Positions 16,184 to 24,445 of a stretch of 26,305 nt of DNA are shown one piece after another; the stretch's first letter is position 1; every line of letters begins with the position of its first letter. Location of the stretch: contig JAURAC010000030.1 in the NCBI GenBank assembly GCA_030586555.1, positions 1-26,305 of the forward strand. Reading direction: 5' to 3'. Under the pieces are notes generated by a model that had not been told where the DNA came from, searched no databases, and saw nothing but the letters and a program-made list of their open reading frames with translations. A program made the position numbers and the translations under genes. The stretch comes from Candidatus Subterrananammoxibius californiae (GTDB lineage: Bacteria; Planctomycetota; Brocadiia; Brocadiales; Subterrananammoxibiaceae).

Positions 16184-18124
16184 ATGGCCAGGAAAAATGT
16201 TGTTAAAGTACACTTTTTACCAAATGATGTAACGGTAGAGTTAGAGTCAGGCAGAACCGTCTTTGAAGCTGCGCATAAGGCAAGGATATACATTTGCAGT
16301 GTGTGTGGTGGAGAAGGAACGTGTGGGAAATGCAAGGTTGTCCTGAAAAAAGGACAGATAGACTCCAAACCAACCTCCCTCCTTGGACATGATGAAATTG
16401 AAAAAAATTATATTCTTGCCTGTCAAGCCAGGGTACTGGGTAATGTTCAAATCTTTATTCCCGAAGAGACCCGATTAGAGAGGAGCAAAATCCTTGTAGG
16501 TGAAGAAAGCCCTGAAATGGGACTACTGGCGCATACAAAGACAGATTCGAGGCATTTCCTGATTGAGCCGCTGGTAAGAAAGGTCTTTCTCGAGTTGGAA
16601 TCTCCTACAATGGATGATAACGTTGCAGACCACGAACGTCTTTATAATGCAATAAATAAAAAGACGAATACTGCCTCAGACCGAATGCAAACTGGCTATC
16701 GCATACTTAAACAACTGCCAACGGTATTAAGGGAAGGCGATTGGAAGGTTACCGTAACCCTTGCCTATAGGGGCTCTACTACCGAGGTGGTTGAGATACA
16801 ACAAGGGGATACCAGTAGAAACAATTTTGGCGTAGCCATAGATGTAGGTACGACCACAGTCGTTGCTCATCTGGTAGATTTAGCTACTTGCCGCACCCTT
16901 GATTCGGAGGCGACTTATAATTCGCAGATCGAGTTTGGAGAGGATTATATACAGCGGATAATTTACGGCGAGCAAAATAATGCCTTTGGCGAAATTCATA
17001 ATACAATAATTAATGATATAAATAATTTAATTTCAACCCTTGTAAAACGAAATTTTATCAATTTGCACGATATAACGGCAGTAGTTTGTGCTGGGAATAC
17101 AGCCATGATGCACTTCCTGTTGGAATTGGAACCTACACGAATTAGGAGAGAGCCTTATATTCCTTCAGCCAACTTTATCCCGCCTATCAGGGCATCCGAG
17201 ATTGGCATAAAGATAAACCCGCGAGGCTTACTGTATACGCTCCCAAGCGTTGGCGCTTATGTTGGCGCTGATATAACGGCAGGGGCGACAGCTATTCGTT
17301 TAGACCAGGCTGACGCCCTTTCTCTTTTCATTGATATAGGCACCAATGGAGAAGTAGTTCTCGGCAATAAAGAATGGATGGTGTGCTGCTCTGCATCGGC
17401 TGGACCATCGTTTGAGGGTAGCGGTGTTCATAATGGTATGAGGGCTGCAAAGGGCGCCATTGAAAAGATTAATATAACGAGAGACTTTCATGTGGAGTAC
17501 AAAACAATCGGAAATGTCCCTCCGAGAGGGATTTGCGGTTCTGGGTTACTTGACTGTATAGCTTCCTTGCTTCGTTCGGGGGTCATTAACAAGTCGGGTA
17601 ATTTTAATACAGGATTGCGGACGGATAGGTTGCGAAAGACGGAAGATGGTTATGAGTTTGTCTTGGTGAATAGAGTAGGTGCGGGAATTGATGATGACAT
17701 TATAATAACACAAGCAGACATTACGCACCTGATTCGCTCCAAAGCCGCTATATATGCAGCTATTTCTACCCTTTTAGATGCGATGAATATGAGTGTGGAT
17801 ACCATAGAACATGTATATCTTGCTGGTGGATTTGGAAATTATCTGGATGTGAGAAGCGCTATCACTATAGGCATGTTGCCAGATATGCCCGCTTCGAGGG
17901 TAAAGTTTGTTGGTAACACGTGTGTCGCTGGCGCCAAACTTTCACTTTTGTCGAAGGAAGCCTTTCTTACTGCACAGCAAATAGCCTCAAAAATGACATA
18001 TTTTGACTTGATGGGAAACACGAAATTTATGGAGAAATTTATGTCCGCCAATTTTCTTCCGCATACTAACCTTGATGAGTTTCCTTCCGTTTATGAGGAA
18101 TTGGCAGCCCATAGTTCTCTTTAA
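16184..18124 (+). CDS. acsV: Reductive activator of corrinoid proteins (RACo/AcsV; [2Fe-2S] plus ASKHA ATPase)
   Basis: CGGEGTCGKC...LACQ ferredoxin; IDVGTTT, IDIGTNGE, ASAGPSFEG, GICGSG, LAGGFG. Confidence 0.95.
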   Translation: MARKNVVKVHFLPNDVTVELESGRTVFEAAHKARIYICSVCGGEGTCGKCKVVLKKGQIDSKPTSLLGHDEIEKNYILACQARVLGNVQIFIPEETRLERSKILVGEESPEMGLLAHTKTDSRHFLIEPLVRKVFLELESPTMDDNVADHERLYNAINKKTNTASDRMQTGYRILKQLPTVLREGDWKVTVTLAYRGSTTEVVEIQQGDTSRNNFGVAIDVGTTTVVAHLVDLATCRTLDSEATYNSQIEFGEDYIQRIIYGEQNNAFGEIHNTIINDINNLISTLVKRNFINLHDITAVVCAGNTAMMHFLLELEPTRIRREPYIPSANFIPPIRASEIGIKINPRGLLYTLPSVGAYVGADITAGATAIRLDQADALSLFIDIGTNGEVVLGNKEWMVCCSASAGPSFEGSGVHNGMRAAKGAIEKINITRDFHVEYKTIGNVPPRGICGSGLLDCIASLLRSGVINKSGNFNTGLRTDRLRKTEDGYEFVLVNRVGAGIDDDIIITQADITHLIRSKAAIYAAISTLLDAMNMSVDTIEHVYLAGGFGNYLDVRSAITIGMLPDMPASRVKFVGNTCVAGAKLSLLSKEAFLTAQQIASKMTYFDLMGNTKFMEKFMSANFLPHTNLDEFPSVYEELAAHSSL

Positions 18125-18139
18125 TTCCGGGGCTTACAC

Positions 18140-19429
18140 ATGAGAAAATTAATCTCGTTGCTTTTGGTCTCGGTAGTTATTCCCATAATAAGTAATCCTT
18201 GTGGTGCGGCGAACCAGGGTACAGAGAATGCGTTTGTAACAGAGGAGCAGGTTGACCAGCTTATATCAAAGGTAAAGGGAACTATAGCAACTATTAGAGG
18301 GTTAGAATTCATAAAACCAATAAAAAGAGGTATAAAAAATAGGGATGAGTTAAAGGAATATCTTAAAAATATAATCCAGTCTGAAATGTCAGATGAAAAG
18401 ATATATGCCTCTCAGAAGGCACTTGTGAAACTTGGATTTATTCCACCCGAGCTCGACCTTAAGAATTTCTTAATAGAGCTTTATACTGAGCAGGTTGCTG
18501 GCATTTATGATTGGCGTGTTGAAACACTTTATTTAATAAGAGAAGTTCCTACAGAGATGCAAGAAATTGTAATAGCCCATGAAATAACCCATGCCCTTCA
18601 GGATTTACATTTTAATCTTAAGGGTCTTCCGCTTGAAAGAAAGGATAATGATGACCTTGTTATGGCAACGCGGGCTTTCATTGAAGGGGAAGCCATGCTT
18701 GTAATGATTGATTATATGCTTAAGCCAATGGGTGTTGAATCATCTTCTTTGTCTAATATTGGTACACTTCTGCGAAACGCAACCGGTCTTGTTGATGGAA
18801 GTGTTTTTAGCACTGCACCGACTTGGATACAAAAGAACGTCCTTTTCCCATACCTCGAAGGATTTGTATTTGTACAAGAGGTAAAAAAGAAAAATGACTG
18901 GAAGGCATTAAATAAATGTTATACGGCACCGCCTCAATCTACGGAACAAATCCTTCATCCAGAAAAATATCTGACGGAAAAGGATTCTCCCACGATTGTT
19001 TCATTACCCAGGCTATCAGAAGAATACTTGGGCGATGGTTGGGCTTTTCTGGATGAGAATGTTTTGGGCGAATTTAATGTTGACCTTTTATTTCATCAGC
19101 ATTTTACTCAGGATAATTACAGCAGCAAATTTGCCAATGGATGGAATGGGGATTTACTGCAGATTTACGAAAACAAGGATTTAAAAAAAGTGTTTATTGC
19201 CTGGCTCACAACATGGGATACAGATAATGATGCAAAAGAGTTTTTTAACGGTTATAGTAATGTTGTTCAGGAAAAATATGAAGAAAAGTTGGTTTCTTCG
19301 GCACCACATTTTTTTCTATGGGAAACACGGGAAGATATGGTATACTTGGAATTGAAAGGGCATGATGTGTTGATATTGGAAGGTATCCCATTTCACAGTC
19401 TCAATCAAGTTATTACGCATGCCTGGTAA
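18140..19429 (+). CDS. Exported putative zinc metallopeptidase (HEXXH...EGEA, gluzincin-like)
   Basis: Signal-peptide-like N-terminus MRKLISLLLVSVVIP; AHEITHALQD (HEXXH at 18578-18592), FIEGEA, FPYLEG, PPQSTEQILHPEKY. Confidence 0.7.
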   Translation: MRKLISLLLVSVVIPIISNPCGAANQGTENAFVTEEQVDQLISKVKGTIATIRGLEFIKPIKRGIKNRDELKEYLKNIIQSEMSDEKIYASQKALVKLGFIPPELDLKNFLIELYTEQVAGIYDWRVETLYLIREVPTEMQEIVIAHEITHALQDLHFNLKGLPLERKDNDDLVMATRAFIEGEAMLVMIDYMLKPMGVESSSLSNIGTLLRNATGLVDGSVFSTAPTWIQKNVLFPYLEGFVFVQEVKKKNDWKALNKCYTAPPQSTEQILHPEKYLTEKDSPTIVSLPRLSEEYLGDGWAFLDENVLGEFNVDLLFHQHFTQDNYSSKFANGWNGDLLQIYENKDLKKVFIAWLTTWDTDNDAKEFFNGYSNVVQEKYEEKLVSSAPHFFLWETREDMVYLELKGHDVLILEGIPFHSLNQVITHAW

Positions 19430-19458
19430 TTCTGTTTAAAAGATGATTGGAGGTAGTT

Positions 19459-20235
19459 GTGGCATTAACAATTGCTGTTGCTGGAAAGGGCGGAACGGGC
19501 AAGACCACCGTTGCCGCATTAAGCATAAGGTATATTACGGAAGTAATAAGGAAATCCGTTTCTGCTATTGATGCCGACCCTAACGCATCGCTCGGCATGG
19601 CTCTTGGCGTTACGGTCGAGAAGACAATTGCTGATTTACGTGACGACGTAATTGAAAGGCGCATGGGGATACCCCCTGGAATGTCTAAAGAAGCATACAT
19701 AGAGTATTGCATTGAAGAATGTATCATAGAAAATGAAAAATACGACCTACTGACAATGGGCAGGCCTGAGGGTCCTAAATGTTATTGCTATGTAAATAAT
19801 TTGCTGAGGAAGTACATGGACCGGGTGGGGAATAGCTATCCGTATGTGGTAATTGACAATGAAGCCGGCATGGAACATCTTTCCAGAAGAACGACTAATA
19901 ATGTGGATTTATTGCTTCTGGTATGCGAACCTACAATTATAGGAGTAGTTTCAGCGCAGAGGATAATCAAGCTGGCTTCTGAATTGCCAATAATCGTAAA
20001 GGAAAAAGCAATTATTTTGAACAGGGTTACAAAAGATGGCCTCTCCCCTGCTATTCAAAACAAACTTGATGAATTTGGCATGGATGTATCATTAAGTATT
20101 GCTTATGACCATGAAATTTATGATGCAGCATCAAATGGCAAGTCGCTTTTAAAAATCCACGAGCAAAACGAGACTTTTAACGCTATTGGTAACTTGCTTA
20201 GAAATTATATTAACGTAGAGGTTATGAGTAAGTAA
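19459..20235 (+). CDS. cooC: CooC/AcsF nickel-insertion ATPase (copy 2; start moved to GTG 19459)
   Basis: GKGGTGKT, DADPN, GRPEGPKCYC, DNEAGMEHLSRRTT; SD GGAGG 5 nt upstream of GTG. Confidence 0.94.
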   Translation: MALTIAVAGKGGTGKTTVAALSIRYITEVIRKSVSAIDADPNASLGMALGVTVEKTIADLRDDVIERRMGIPPGMSKEAYIEYCIEECIIENEKYDLLTMGRPEGPKCYCYVNNLLRKYMDRVGNSYPYVVIDNEAGMEHLSRRTTNNVDLLLLVCEPTIIGVVSAQRIIKLASELPIIVKEKAIILNRVTKDGLSPAIQNKLDEFGMDVSLSIAYDHEIYDAASNGKSLLKIHEQNETFNAIGNLLRNYINVEVMSK

Positions 20236-20285
20236 ACACACGTAACCTTTCGCTAAGGGCTGGGTCATTTACAGGAGAATAATGG

Positions 20286-21245
20286 ATGGAAGTACCAAAC
20301 GTTGCTGAAAAGTGGATGGGGTGTGTGAGAAAAGTAACTATTGGCGCTACAAAAGAACAGGGAGGCACAAGAGGAAACATTGTTACCGTTGGGGGGGCAA
20401 AAAGTATCCCTTACATGGATTTTGAGGGAGAACAGGGCTGCAAACCTGTCATTGCCATGGATGTATTGGATACCGTGCCTGAGGACTGGCCTGATGCACT
20501 TAAAGAACCTTTTAAAGACGTTCTTAATAGCCCGGCAAAATGGGCAAAGAAGTGTGTAGAACAGTACGGAGCTGATATGGTATGCCTTAAGCTTGACAGT
20601 ATACACCCTGATAAAGGTAATAAAAGTGCAGAAGAAGCTGTAGCCACCGTTAAATCAATCCTCCAAGCGGTGAGTGTTCCATTAATAATCTGGGGATGCG
20701 AACACAACGAAACAGATAATGCAGTTATGCCAAAGGTCAGCCAGGCGGCAAAAGGAGAAAGGTGTTTACTTGCTGGAGCTTCACAGGATAATTATAAGAT
20801 TATAGCAGCCGTTTGCCTTGCAGATGGGCATTGTCTTGTTACGCAAGCTCCAGTTGATATAAATATTGGAAAACAGGTAAACATCCTGGTTTCTGACCTC
20901 GGTTTTCCACTTGATAGGATTATAATGTTTCAGACAACAGGCGCACTTGGCTACGGAATGGAATATGTGTACTCAATCCAAGAAAGGGAAAGGATTGCGG
21001 CATTATCGGGGGATAACCTTCTGGGTATGCCCGTGATTTGTAACGTGGGCTACGAATCATGGCGTGCAAAGGAGGCAAAGGCAAGCGATGCTGAAGCCCC
21101 GCAATGGGGCTCATGTGTAGAAAGAGGACCTATGTGGGAAACCATTACCGCCGCTACGCTCCTGCAATCCGGTGTAGATATTATAAGAATGTACCATCCT
21201 AAGGCAGTTGCTGCCGTTAAGAAATTCACACAGGACTTAGCATAA
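20286..21245 (+). CDS. acsD: Corrinoid iron-sulfur protein small subunit
   Basis: VTIGAT..GGTR..VTVGG, PAKWAKKCV, TTGALGYGMEY, HPKAV. Confidence 0.96.
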   Translation: MEVPNVAEKWMGCVRKVTIGATKEQGGTRGNIVTVGGAKSIPYMDFEGEQGCKPVIAMDVLDTVPEDWPDALKEPFKDVLNSPAKWAKKCVEQYGADMVCLKLDSIHPDKGNKSAEEAVATVKSILQAVSVPLIIWGCEHNETDNAVMPKVSQAAKGERCLLAGASQDNYKIIAAVCLADGHCLVTQAPVDINIGKQVNILVSDLGFPLDRIIMFQTTGALGYGMEYVYSIQERERIAALSGDNLLGMPVICNVGYESWRAKEAKASDAEAPQWGSCVERGPMWETITAATLLQSGVDIIRMYHPKAVAAVKKFTQDLA

Positions 21246-21282
21246 GTAAGCAGATTCTAAAATGGATTGATGTCTTTGTTTC

Positions 21283-21359
21283 TTGTCACCCTGAACTTGT
21301 TTCAGGGTCTCTAAGGAATACCGAAACGAAGGGATGCCGAAACAAGTTCGGCATGACAA
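21283..21359. mobile_element. Bipartite palindromic (REP-doublet/MITE-like) element with AACTTGTTT cores
   Basis: ttgtca-ccctgaacttgtttcaggg ... gatgccgaaacaagttcggca-tgacaa: two hairpins in inverted orientation, TTGTCA/TGACAA termini. Confidence 0.8.
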
Positions 21360-21391
21360 ATCAAGGCATAGAAAGGAGCTTCTTTTCAGCT

Positions 21392-22174
21392 ATGATTGCA
21401 ATTGCAGAAAGAATAAATGGGATGTTTTCTGACGTTAAACGTGCTATAAAGAAAAAAGACCCTTCAATAATCTGTGACCTGGCAATAAAACAAACCGAAG
21501 CGGGCGCAAAATTCCTTGATGTCAATGTTGGTACGGCAGCCGCTGACCAGTGTGATGCCATGCAATGGCTTATTTCCGTTATACAAGAGGTTGTTAAGAC
21601 CCCTATATGCATTGATAGTCAGAAACTCGACGTTGTAAAGGCTGGCTTGGAGGTGGTAAAAAGTGAGGTATTAATTAATTCCTGCAAAGGAGAACCTGAA
21701 GAACTTGACGTGTATCTGCCATTGGCAAAAAAGCATAATGCGTCCCTTATATGTCTCACCATAAATAAGCAGGGTGTCCCACAGGACGTTCATGCGAGGG
21801 TAGAAATCGCAGCCACTATCGCAGCAAAGGCTATGGAACACGATTTTGACATGACTAAAATTTTTATTGACCCAATCCTCCTTCCTATTAACGTTGACCA
21901 GAAGCAGCCGCGCTATCTATTTGAAGTATTTAATCAAGTAAAGTACATATCAGACCCACCGCCACACATCGTTGTTGGACTTAGCAACTTCTCCCAGGGT
22001 ACAAAAGAAAGGTCACTTTTGAACAGAACTTTCCTGACAATGGCTATCGCTGCTGGTCTTGATTCAGCCGTGATGGACGTTCTTGATAAGGACTTAATGG
22101 ATGCCACAATCTGCGCTGAGGTGATTCTCAATAAGCACATCTACAGCGACTTATTCCTCAAGGCAGTAAGGTAA
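21392..22174 (+). CDS. acsE: Methyltetrahydrofolate:corrinoid/Fe-S protein methyltransferase (start moved to ATG 21392)
   Basis: MIAIAERINGMF, LDVNVG, CIDS, INS, FIDP, GLSNFSQG pterin-binding barrel. The upstream ATG 21353 lies inside the repeat element. Confidence 0.95.
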   Translation: MIAIAERINGMFSDVKRAIKKKDPSIICDLAIKQTEAGAKFLDVNVGTAAADQCDAMQWLISVIQEVVKTPICIDSQKLDVVKAGLEVVKSEVLINSCKGEPEELDVYLPLAKKHNASLICLTINKQGVPQDVHARVEIAATIAAKAMEHDFDMTKIFIDPILLPINVDQKQPRYLFEVFNQVKYISDPPPHIVVGLSNFSQGTKERSLLNRTFLTMAIAAGLDSAVMDVLDKDLMDATICAEVILNKHIYSDLFLKAVR

Positions 22175-22179
22175 AAAAA

Positions 22180-22207
22180 GTAGGGGGGCACGTTGCAATG
22201 TGCCCCC
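22180..22207. repeat. GTAG-type REP-like hairpin between convergent acsE and DUF1573 genes (possible terminator)
   Basis: gtag-gggggcacgttgcaatgtgccccc; A-run upstream gives a U-tract on the - strand. Confidence 0.7.
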
Positions 22208-22221
22208 GCGCAAGACCCATC

Positions 22222-23331
22222 TCAACTCTTCGTTGGTTTAGGTTCCCTGACCTCTCCAAAAACAGGGATTTCGATAAGAGGTTGTAATTCGCTGTTTGTG
22301 TGAATCTTTATATTACCATTTATCTTTCCCACTGGCGCATCACCATTTAGCTTCACCTCAACCTCTCTATAAGGCAAATCAGAATTACCCTTAGGCTGGA
22401 GGTTAGCAGTGAGAAATTCAGGGGTAATTTCCACATTTTTTATATCAATATCTTTCTTCCGTAAGGTTACAATTAACTTACGCACAGACCCCCTACCTTG
22501 TGTTACTACGCCATAAGATAGAACAGATTGAGAAACAAGCACATCCCCTGTAATATTACCACTGAATGGGATAAGTGTCTTCTGTTGCTTCGTGCTATTG
22601 GTAGCAACTGTTATATTACCCTTTAGCTTTCCTATTGGCGCATCACCCTTCAATGTTGCATCAATAATGTAACTTTTCCCATTTTCGTGTTTCTTATAGG
22701 ATGTTATAATGCTTGGGTTGTCTGACTCTACCCCTGTAACCTCGAGATTAAAATCTGTTCCGGGACTTGCTTCTATGGTTTTGGTAGCCGTATCCCCGTT
22801 TGTTACGGTACCAAAATTAATCCACTGCGGGTTCGTAATAACATCTTTAATGATATTGCCGGCTATTGACAACTTAATCTTTGGTGTAACTGGGTCATTG
22901 GTTGTAACCGTAATTTCCTTTTTTGCCTTTCCTGGGTCACGTCCCGCATGAAAGGTAGCCATTATCTCACCATAACCACCCGGGGGAACATTCTCTTTAG
23001 TGGAAGCCGCTGCAGTGCAGCCACAGGAAGTCTTCACTTGTTTAATAATCAAATCACTTTTCCCTCGGTTCTCAAACTTAAACAGATGTTCTGCCTTTTC
23101 TCCCGAATAGATAGTTCCGAAATCGTAATTGGGATTTTCAAATACAATGCTTGGCGCTTCATCTGGGTTAACCACGGCTTCACCAGCGCTTTTTTGTTCT
23201 GTTACCGCATTGGCTTTCTCAGTGTTTTCAGTGGTACGAATATGAGTGTGCCCTTCGTGAGAAAAAGACGGATGTTGTAAAAACACTATCCCAAAGCCAA
23301 CCACAACTATTAATGCAATCAACTTTCTCAT
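22222..23331 (-). CDS. Exported DUF1573-type Ig-like domain protein (start moved to ATG 23331)
   Basis: MRKLIALIVVVGFG signal peptide; YDFGTI, FKFENRGKSDLII..VKTSCGCT; repeated beta-sandwich modules; SD AGGAGGT upstream. Confidence 0.85.
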   Translation of the reverse strand: MRKLIALIVVVGFGIVFLQHPSFSHEGHTHIRTTENTEKANAVTEQKSAGEAVVNPDEAPSIVFENPNYDFGTIYSGEKAEHLFKFENRGKSDLIIKQVKTSCGCTAAASTKENVPPGGYGEIMATFHAGRDPGKAKKEITVTTNDPVTPKIKLSIAGNIIKDVITNPQWINFGTVTNGDTATKTIEASPGTDFNLEVTGVESDNPSIITSYKKHENGKSYIIDATLKGDAPIGKLKGNITVATNSTKQQKTLIPFSGNITGDVLVSQSVLSYGVVTQGRGSVRKLIVTLRKKDIDIKNVEITPEFLTANLQPKGNSDLPYREVEVKLNGDAPVGKINGNIKIHTNSELQPLIEIPVFGEVREPKPTKS

Positions 23332-23410
23332 AACTTTGCTAATACCTCCTTTTAAATAAAAAAACAACGCGCAGGCATTAATACTTTTGCCTTTTTTAAA
23401 TATGCTTAAA

Positions 23411-23439
23411 ATTATATCCAACACCCTTTAACTCGTCAA
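23411..23439 (-). promoter_or_regulatory. Near-consensus sigma70 promoter for the DUF1573 gene
   Basis: TTGACG (23439-23434), 17 bp, TATAAT (23416-23411). Confidence 0.8.
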
Positions 23440-23457
23440 GCCAAAAATATCATTCTC

Positions 23458-24360
23458 CTAAATTTTGTAATTTACTATCACACTATTACCCCTTCTTAAA
23501 CCGAGCATATCATGGGCACTGCCACGATTGACAGAAATCTCAAGGTAGCCTGAGCTCCCGAAGATTGCAAGTGGTTTGCCAACTGGAACGTCGGCATAAG
23601 AGGGGCTGATACCTCTAATCTTTCTCTTCCCTGCAGTAACGATTACATCCTCACCCGCCACCTTAATCCTCCCCCTCTTGGGGGGAGGAAATAAAGGAGG
23701 AGGGAAAATGTCCTGCTTCAGGTTTGTAATTAAATTGCCAAACGCATCAATATAAATGACCTCTCCCTTGACCACGCCCCTCTTTGCGGGGGTGGCATGG
23801 ACAAACTTGTTTGTCCGTGCATCTGCCTCTTTTTCAAAAAAAGTAGGCGCTGGCAGTTCAATCTCTTTAATCTTTGTCAGCTTTTTGCCGAGATTTAGGG
23901 GGTTTACCCCTTTAGAAAGATATGCGGCAACAGGGGCAAGAATATCCCTGCCGTGGAATGTATTGCTAACCCCTGAAACAAGTTCAGGGCAGGCCTCAGG
24001 AAGAAAGTATTTTTTATTTGTTACTTCTATAATGAAGTCTGGCTTTTCGTCATTTAATACGAGACTAAGGATACCATCATCAGGGGCTAAAAAGAGGTAA
24101 TTTTGGGTTTTTGCACAGATAATTTTTCGTTTCGTTCCTACGCCGGGGTCAACCACCACAACATGGATTGTCCCTCTGGGAAAAAATTTATAGGAAGAAT
24201 AAAGTATGTAGGCACCCTCAAATATATCCTGATGCCCTATCTCATGGCATAAATCAATTATGTTAGCATCGGGACTAATGCCGCTAATAATACCCTTCAT
24301 TATCCCTACATAACCATCTTTTGTGCCAAAATCGGTCAGGAGTGTGATTACTGGACGCAT
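23458..24360 (-). CDS. DUF62 SAM hydroxide adenosyltransferase (chlorinase/fluorinase family), carrying three in-frame palindromic inserts (start moved to ATG 24360)
   Basis: ITLLTDFG..DGYVGIMKG, VVVVDPGVGT.R, SNTFHGRDI, YIDAFGNLITN, GSSGYLEISVNRGSA. Confidence 0.93.
   Translation of the reverse strand: MRPVITLLTDFGTKDGYVGIMKGIISGISPDANIIDLCHEIGHQDIFEGAYILYSSYKFFPRGTIHVVVVDPGVGTKRKIICAKTQNYLFLAPDDGILSLVLNDEKPDFIIEVTNKKYFLPEACPELVSGVSNTFHGRDILAPVAAYLSKGVNPLNLGKKLTKIKEIELPAPTFFEKEADARTNKFVHATPAKRGVVKGEVIYIDAFGNLITNLKQDIFPPPLFPPPKRGRIKVAGEDVIVTAGKRKIRGISPSYADVPVGKPLAIFGSSGYLEISVNRGSAHDMLGLRRGNSVIVNYKI
23652..23704. repeat. GC-rich palindromic element in frame within DUF62 (encodes about PPPLFPPPKRGRIKVAG)
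   Basis: tcctccccc-tcttg-gggggagga stem (23667-23689) flanked by cacccgccacc / ggaggaggg. Confidence 0.75.
23777..23820. repeat. Palindromic element with AACTTGTTT core in frame within DUF62 (encodes about ARTNKFVHATPAKRG)
   Basis: gcatggacaaa-cttg-tttgtccgtgc (23795-23820) plus an adjacent cccctctttgcggggg mini-hairpin. Confidence 0.75.
23971..23994 (-). repeat. 24-bp palindromic insert in frame within DUF62 (encodes ACPELVSG)
   Basis: ccctgaacttgtttcaggg (reverse complement of 23971-23989) is identical to 21289-21307. Confidence 0.85.
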
Positions 24361-24373
24361 TCGCTTCGTTTGT

Positions 24374-24433
24374 AGACAACAGAGCACAGACAATCAGAAC
24401 ACAGAGGTCTGTTGTCTGTATGTCTGTTGTCTG
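24374..24433. repeat. Inverted 7/8-mer repeat hairpin (AGACAAC / TCTGTTG units) between amrS and DUF62
   Basis: agacaac agagcac agacaat cagaacac aga gg tctgttg tctgtatg tctgttg tctg. Confidence 0.8.
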
Positions 24434-24445
24434 GTATCTTTATGG

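Noticed and set aside
9800..22174. Selenocysteine recoding or frameshifts in acs genes
   Set aside because: All ORFs are full length with Cys ligands present and no in-frame TGA.
23458..24360. Calling DUF62 a halogenase or a pseudogene
   Set aside because: It retains Asp/Arg/His-containing motifs typical of SAM hydrolases, with no biosynthetic cluster nearby. The frame is intact despite the inserts.
24372..24380. GTAGACAAC as a fourth copy of the GGTAGACAACGA element
   Set aside because: Only 9 bp match, and it is explained by the local AGACAAC heptamer array.
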